Positions 27,407 to 32,000 of a stretch of 32,000 bases of DNA are shown here, one piece after another. The position numbers and the translations under genes were made by a program. The notes under the pieces are model-generated. The model ran no database searches and had not been told where the DNA came from. It was given only the letters and a program-made list of their open reading frames with translations. The stretch's first letter is position 1, and every line of letters begins with the position of its first letter. The DNA comes from Alkalilimnicola ehrlichii MLHE-1 (GTDB lineage: Bacteria; Pseudomonadota; Gammaproteobacteria; Nitrococcales; Halorhodospiraceae): assembly GCF_000014785.1 (NCBI RefSeq), contig NC_008340.1, forward strand, positions 2,160,001 to 2,192,000, read 5' to 3'.

Positions 27407-27994
27407 ATGAGCAAGCGAATCCATCAACCCCTGAGTGAACGACGCGCCTCGGCGCCGGTCACGGACAGCCGCTATGCGCCCGTCTACCGTCTGAACACTA
27501 CCGGGGCGGTGAACCGCCAGCTCTGGCAACATCCCGGCCGCCGCGCTGCGGACATCCCGGCCGAGGCCGTGAACCATGATCCGAACCTCACCACGCCGTC
27601 CCGCGTGGGCCATACGGTGCCGCCCGCTGTTCGGCTGCTGACACGTTCGGTGCTGCTGCAGGTGGCCCGCGAACGACGCCTGATTTCGGAAAGCGAGCTG
27701 TTGCGGGCTCTCCGCCGCCAGGTGCCGGAGGCCAGCCACAGCAGCGTGGACCGGGCCCTTGAGGCCGCGGTAGAGGATGACGGGCACAGCGGCCGTCCGC
27801 TGCTGGCCTCACTGGTGACCGACGACAGCCGCGCCTGGCCCTGGCCCGGGCTGGTGGACGGGTTGGTGCGGTTCCGCCGCCCCCTGCCTCAGACCGAGCT
27901 GGAAGACTGGCCGTTGCGGGCCACCACCGAGCGGCTCGCCGCGCTGGATTACTACGCTGCCCGCCGGGTGCCCATATCGGAGCTGGCGGGCTGA
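27407..27994 (+). CDS. hypothetical protein (no family recognised)
   Basis: 195-aa ORF with a G/C-rich third codon position and GGGGG 6 nt before the ATG. It is followed by a strong terminator. No motif was recognised. Confidence 0.5.
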   Translation: MSKRIHQPLSERRASAPVTDSRYAPVYRLNTTGAVNRQLWQHPGRRAADIPAEAVNHDPNLTTPSRVGHTVPPAVRLLTRSVLLQVARERRLISESELLRALRRQVPEASHSSVDRALEAAVEDDGHSGRPLLASLVTDDSRAWPWPGLVDGLVRFRRPLPQTELEDWPLRATTERLAALDYYAARRVPISELAG

Positions 27995-28061
27995 CCGCCC
28001 CATCCAACGCACAGGAGCACCCACGCCTGCTCTCCTCCGGCGGCCATCAAGGGCTGCCATT

Positions 28062-28087
28062 TCCCCCCGGCTCGGGGGGATTTTTTT
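28062..28087 (+). terminator. rho-independent terminator
   Basis: TCCCCCCG-GCT-CGGGGGGA (8-bp stem) is followed by T7. It lies 12 nt from the convergent modC stop. Confidence 0.85.
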
Positions 28088-28098
28088 ATCCGGTCCTT

Positions 28099-29259
28099 TC
28101 AGCGGGTGGCGGGTTGTGGGTCCGGCTCCGGCGCCATCAGGTGGATACCGTCGGCCAGCAGCGAGACCCGCGCCTCCTCCCCCGGCGCCAAGCCGTTGCG
28201 CCGGGCGGCGTGGGTGCCCACCGTGAAGTTGAGGGGGGCCCCCCCCGAAAGGCTCAGGGTGACGCTGGTCTGCTCGCCCAGCACCACCAGCTCGCGCACC
28301 ACCCCGGCCACCGGGTTCTCCCGCTCGCCCAGGGAGGGCCGGCCGCGCCGGTGCAGCAGCACGTGGGAGGCCGGCGCCAGCCAGGTGACCTCGCTGCCCG
28401 GGGGAAAGCTCGGGTTATAGGTCGCCTCCAGGGTCTGACCCTGCCACTCCAGCCACAGCCGCCCGGTGGCGGCGTTGCTGGCGATCACCCGCCCACGGAA
28501 GAGGTTCTGGTGGCCGACCAGGCGGGCCACGTCGGCGGAGGCCGGGTGCAGCATCAACTCATCCGGCGGGGCGGTCTGCAGGGTAACCCCCCGGTGCAGC
28601 ACGGTGATCCGGTCCGCCAACCGCACCGCCTCGTCCAGGTCGTGAGTGACCAGCACCAACGGAATGGACAGATCGCTACGCAACAGGGCCAGCTCACGCT
28701 GCAGCTTGCGGCGGGTCACCTGGTCGACGGCAGAGAAGGGTTCGTCCATCAGCAGCACTTCTGGATCGCGTGCCAGCGCCCGGGCCAGGGCCACCCGCTG
28801 GCGCTGGCCTCCGGAAAGCTCCGACGGGTAGCGGTCTTCCAGGCCCTCCAGGTGCACCTGGGCGAGCAGCGCCGCCGCGCACGCCCGGCGCTGGGCCCGT
28901 GGCCGGTGGCCCATGGCGACCACCAGATTCTGTAGCGCGGTGAGATGGGGGAACAGGGCATAGTCCTGAAACACCACCCCCACTCGCCGGCGCTGGGGCG
29001 CCAGGCTGACGCCCCGGCCGGCGTCGAACCAGGTGACGCCGTTGCAGTCGATCCGGCCGGAGCTGGGCCGGTAGAGCCCGGCGATACTGCGCAACAGGGT
29101 TGTCTTGCCGCTGCCGGAGGGCCCCACCAGCGCCAGCAGCTCACCCGGCGCGCAGTCCAGCGCGGCGTTCAGCGGGATCGGCGCGGCCTGCCCCACCTGA
29201 ATGGCCAGCCCCTGCTCAGACACGCACCCCCCTCCGGCGCCCGGCCAGCCCGTAGACAA
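28099..29259 (-). CDS. modC: molybdate ABC transporter ATP-binding protein ModC
   Basis: It has Walker A (GPSGSGKTT), the signature LSGGQRQRVALARAL, Walker B (LLMDEPFSAVD) and a C-terminal TOBE-like domain. The start is uncertain: ATG 29259, or GTG 29223 overlapping the modB stop. Confidence 0.9.
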   Translation of the reverse strand: MSTGWPGAGGGCVSEQGLAIQVGQAAPIPLNAALDCAPGELLALVGPSGSGKTTLLRSIAGLYRPSSGRIDCNGVTWFDAGRGVSLAPQRRRVGVVFQDYALFPHLTALQNLVVAMGHRPRAQRRACAAALLAQVHLEGLEDRYPSELSGGQRQRVALARALARDPEVLLMDEPFSAVDQVTRRKLQRELALLRSDLSIPLVLVTHDLDEAVRLADRITVLHRGVTLQTAPPDELMLHPASADVARLVGHQNLFRGRVIASNAATGRLWLEWQGQTLEATYNPSFPPGSEVTWLAPASHVLLHRRGRPSLGERENPVAGVVRELVVLGEQTSVTLSLSGGAPLNFTVGTHAARRNGLAPGEEARVSLLADGIHLMAPEPDPQPATR

Positions 29260-29884
29260 TGCCGATGGTGATGAAGGAGATCAGCAGCAGCAGGACCGAC
29301 ATATTGCCCGCCGCCGCCTCGTCAAAGGCCTGCACCCGGTCGTAGATGGCGATGGCGATGGTCTTGGTCTCGCCGGAGATGCTGCCGCCGACCATGAGCA
29401 CCACGCCAAATTCACCCAGGGTATGGGCAAAGGTGAGGGCCACGGCGGAGATCAGCCCCGGCCAGGCCAAAGGGAGTTCCACCCGCCAGAACGTCTGCCA
29501 GGTGGACAGGCCGCTGCACCAGGCCGCCTCGCGCACTTCGTGGGGGATCGCCTCGAAGGCGCGCTGCAACGGCTGCACCGCAAAGGGCAGGTTGAAGATG
29601 ATGGAGGCGATCAGGATACCCTCGAAGGTGAAGACCAGGGTGCCGCCGGTGAGCCATTGCCAGAACTGCCCGATGGGCCAGTCACTGCCAAAGGCCACCA
29701 GCAGGTAGAACCCCAGCACCGTGGGCGGCAACACCAGCGGCAGCGCTACCAGGGCCTCGGCAAAACCGCGGCCACGGAAGCGGCGCCAGGCCAACTGCCG
29801 GGCCACGATGATGCCCACCGGGGTGAGCACCACGCAGGTCCAGAAGGCCAGCCACAGGGAGACCTCCAGTGCTTCCCAATCCAT
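29216..29884 (-). CDS. modB: molybdate ABC transporter permease ModB
   Basis: 222 aa with 5-6 TM segments and an EAA-type loop (REAAWCSGLSTWQTFWRVELPLA). It sits between modA and modC. Confidence 0.92.
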   Translation of the reverse strand: MDWEALEVSLWLAFWTCVVLTPVGIIVARQLAWRRFRGRGFAEALVALPLVLPPTVLGFYLLVAFGSDWPIGQFWQWLTGGTLVFTFEGILIASIIFNLPFAVQPLQRAFEAIPHEVREAAWCSGLSTWQTFWRVELPLAWPGLISAVALTFAHTLGEFGVVLMVGGSISGETKTIAIAIYDRVQAFDEAAAGNMSVLLLLISFITIGIVYGLAGRRRGVRV

Positions 29885-29927
29885 TTACCGCGGCTCCTGC
29901 ATGTCGGGTCCGTTCCCGCTCCTCGCC

Positions 29928-30764
29928 TTAGTCCGGGTCCGGAGTGATGAATCCATACTCGGCCAACACCGCCCGGCCCGGGTCACTGAGGATAAAATCA
30001 TAGAAGGCCCGGGCGGTCTCCCCCGCCCCTTTCACCAGGGCCATGCGCTGGCGCAGAGGCTCGTGGTGATCTTCCGGGATGAGCGCCCAGTCGGAGCGCC
30101 GGTCCAGGGAGGGCGCCAGGGCCAGCGACCAGGCCACGATGCCGCCATCGGCGTCGGGTGACAAGGCGAACTGGGCGGCCTGGGAGACATTCTCGCCGAA
30201 CACCAGGTGCGGCTGGATGACCTCCCACAGGCCCGCGGACTGCAGCGCCTGCTTGGCGGCCACGCCGTAGGGGGCGTGCTCGGGGTTGGCGATGGCGAAG
30301 CGGCGGATCTCGCCGGCCTCCAGGGCCCCGGCCAGGGCGGCCAGCCCCGCCTCCGGGTCCAGCGACGCGCCCTGACGGGTGATGAGCACCACCCGGCCAA
30401 CCGCGTAGAGGTCACCGGCATCCTCCAGGTGACCGGACTCGTACAGGGCCTCCACATAGGCCTCGTCGGCGGACATGTAAAGCTCGAAGGGCGCCCCCTG
30501 GGCGATCTGGCGGCGGAAGTTGCCGGAGGAGCCGAAGTTGAGCCGCACCCGCTGGCCAGTCTCTTCGGTAAAGCGCGCCGCCAGATCCTCGATAGCGAAC
30601 TGCAGGTCCGAGGCCGCCGCCACCGTGGGCGGGCGCTGCGCCTGCGCCGGCCCGGTGACAAGCAGAGCGATCATCAAAAAAAGGCTCATCAGCCCGGCAA
30701 CCCCCACCACCTGCGCAATAGCCTCCCCGCCTTGGGGTTGCCCCCTGCATGGTGATCTCGTCAT
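29928..30764 (-). CDS. modA: molybdate ABC transporter substrate-binding protein ModA
   Basis: The signal peptide ends LVTGPAQA, and the mature part carries AAASDLQFA...LNFGSSGNFRRQIAQGAPFELYMSADE. The start is uncertain: ATG 30764 has GAGGA 8 nt upstream, and the alternatives are 30689 and 30839. Confidence 0.88.
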   Translation of the reverse strand: MTRSPCRGQPQGGEAIAQVVGVAGLMSLFLMIALLVTGPAQAQRPPTVAAASDLQFAIEDLAARFTEETGQRVRLNFGSSGNFRRQIAQGAPFELYMSADEAYVEALYESGHLEDAGDLYAVGRVVLITRQGASLDPEAGLAALAGALEAGEIRRFAIANPEHAPYGVAAKQALQSAGLWEVIQPHLVFGENVSQAAQFALSPDADGGIVAWSLALAPSLDRRSDWALIPEDHHEPLRQRMALVKGAGETARAFYDFILSDPGRAVLAEYGFITPDPD

Positions 30765-30835
30765 TCCTTCTTTCCTCATCCAGCAAGCTTTGATCCCGAC
30801 GGACAGAGCTGTTCCACAGCGCGCCACCCGACTAT

Positions 30836-31624
30836 TCACCCCTGACCGACGGCACGCAATACACCGTTGGCGATCGCGGCGGGCCTTTCGGCAACCCCGT
30901 GCACATTGGTGCCTGCCGGCACCACCTCCACCGCTTTGCCCCCTGGGGCAACCCGGACGCCGTCACGCAGCACGCCCCGCACGATCCCGGTAACCGGGGC
31001 CCGCAACGGGCGGAGCCCCAGGTGGGCCACGGGCTCGCCGACATTCACCGGCTCACCGATTTGGCGTGCCCCCGCGATAACACCCGCGCACGGCGCATAG
31101 ACGTAGCGCTCGCGACCATAACCCTGGATCGAACGCGGCTCCCCGGCCAGCGGCCGCGTCCGACCGCGGTAAACAACCCGGCCCAGGTCTTTGCCCCAGG
31201 CAGTTTCTACGGCAACATCGACGTTCCGGCCGGCAGCAAAGTTCGGCCCCAGCCCGATCACCTGGGGCGCCAGGCCACGTTGGTCTTCGGGTTGGTCACG
31301 TTTGCGCATCCGGGCATCAACCAATAGCACAGGCTCCAGGACGGGCAGCAGTTCCTGGAGCGCGCACGCGGTTACCGCGATGAACCCACACGAGCGTCGC
31401 TGCCACCCCGGCATGCCATCAATGCAGCATGCGACCACCCCCTCGAGTTCGGATTCTCCGTCAAACAGCGCATCCGCAAACGCTTGGCCCCGCCGATGAA
31501 CGGCCGGCGCCGGGCGGTCCACCATGACGACCAAAAACCCGGCCTGATGCAGCGACAGAGCAACCGCCGACGCCACATCATTCACCCCCCTCACAATCGC
31601 CGTTCGCGTCCTTCCGTCCATCAC
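30836..31624 (-). CDS. YqeB/EF2563-like molybdenum-hydroxylase accessory (maturation) protein
   Basis: 262 aa. The N-terminus (IVRGVNDVASAVALSLHQAGFLVVMVD...RRGQAFADALFDGESELEGV) and the C-terminal ERPAAIANGVLRAV match my recollection of the selenium-dependent molybdenum hydroxylase system protein family. This was not verified. Confidence 0.5.
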   Translation of the reverse strand: MMDGRTRTAIVRGVNDVASAVALSLHQAGFLVVMVDRPAPAVHRRGQAFADALFDGESELEGVVACCIDGMPGWQRRSCGFIAVTACALQELLPVLEPVLLVDARMRKRDQPEDQRGLAPQVIGLGPNFAAGRNVDVAVETAWGKDLGRVVYRGRTRPLAGEPRSIQGYGRERYVYAPCAGVIAGARQIGEPVNVGEPVAHLGLRPLRAPVTGIVRGVLRDGVRVAPGGKAVEVVPAGTNVHGVAERPAAIANGVLRAVGQG

Positions 31625-31686
31625 GGTATCCCTGCCTGTGTAGCGGACTTTGCACCCAACTCGGGGCAGGCCCGCCTCGTAGCAAC

Positions 31687-31710
31687 CGCTATGTCACATA
31701 GGACATAGCG
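31687..31710. promoter_or_regulatory. Mo-box-like palindrome (candidate ModE operator)
   Basis: CGCTATGTC-ACATAG-GACATAGCG has perfect 9-bp arms. It has the same 24-nt length and the same outer CGnTAT...ATAnCG arms as the E. coli modA operator CGTTATATTGTCGCCTACATAACG, as I recall it. It lies 63 nt upstream of the yqeB-like start. Confidence 0.6.
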
Positions 31711-31759
31711 TTAAGCAGCAATGTACCGGAAGGCTTCTGTGATTCCAAGCTCACTTCAG

Positions 31760-32000
31760 TTAGGCCCGGCGTCCGGGCTCGTGCAGCGCCAGTAAGTCCG
31801 CCAATTCCGCCTGGGCGGCCTCGCGAATTCGCGCCTCCAGCGCATCGTAGCGCTCGAGCAGGGCCTCACCCAGCGGGGTCAGGCGGGTTCCGCCGCCACC
31901 CCGGCCACCGGCAACGGTCTCGACCACGGGGTGCCCCAGCCCCTCGTTTATCGTGTTGAGCAGCATCCAGGCCCGCTTGTAGGGCATACCCATGGCCCGC
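31760..32000 (-). CDS. ModE N-terminal-domain-type winged-helix regulator, 5' end outside the window; no Mop/TOBE domains
   Basis: It reads MPYKRAWMLLNTINEGLGHPVVETVAGGRGGGGTRLTPLGEALLERY, which matches ModE GISYKSAWDAIN...GGKGGGGAVLT. The protein stops about 40 aa after the GGGG motif. Confidence 0.7.
   Translation of the reverse strand, partial: RAMGMPYKRAWMLLNTINEGLGHPVVETVAGGRGGGGTRLTPLGEALLERYDALEARIREAAQAELADLLALHEPGRRA

Noticed and set aside
27395-27787. 130-aa minus-strand ORF opposite the 195-aa hypothetical gene
   Set aside because: The plus-strand frame has the SD motif, G/C-rich third positions and a downstream terminator. The minus-strand translation is Arg/Ala/Gly-rich antisense-type sequence.

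Overview
High-GC (roughly two thirds G+C by eye) gammaproteobacterial chromosome segment, read without any database search. Gene starts are best guesses from start codons and SD-like motifs. Bases 1-15.8 kb form a conserved housekeeping block: glcD (partial)-glcE-glcF, an RhdA-type rhodanese, then hrcA-grpE-dnaK-dnaJ-dapB on the minus strand, followed by nadK-recN, fur, bamE, rnfH-ratA, smpB and the tmRNA gene ssrA. The order dapB...smpB matches the Pseudomonas neighbourhood as I remember it. Near-consensus sigma-32 promoters precede dnaK and grpE. Content and composition change downstream of ssrA. That part holds a frameshifted coiled-coil/membrane gene, a sigma-54-type promoter driving a PEP-CTERM protein abutted by a SAM methyltransferase, an M42 aminopeptidase and a convergent Zn-metallopeptidase. 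A MITE-like palindromic repeat family with 30-bp modules follows at 21.55-21.88 kb. It also fills the hrcA/nadK divergent region, in the opposite orientation. Next come a visibly lower-GC orphan ATP-grasp ligase gene, a DMT/EamA permease, and a urea carboxylase/allophanate hydrolase operon eroded to five in-order fragments. After that are a MarR-type regulator with a Cys-rich tail plus an orphan ORF, and a modE(N-domain only)-yqeB-like-modABC cluster with a Mo-box-like palindrome. I saw no rRNA, tRNA, CRISPR array, integrase or transposase. Nothing here can be proven novel from sequence alone. The best candidates for something undescribed are the ATP-grasp islet, the sigma-54/PEP-CTERM/methyltransferase unit, and the MarR(Cys-tail)+orphan pair.
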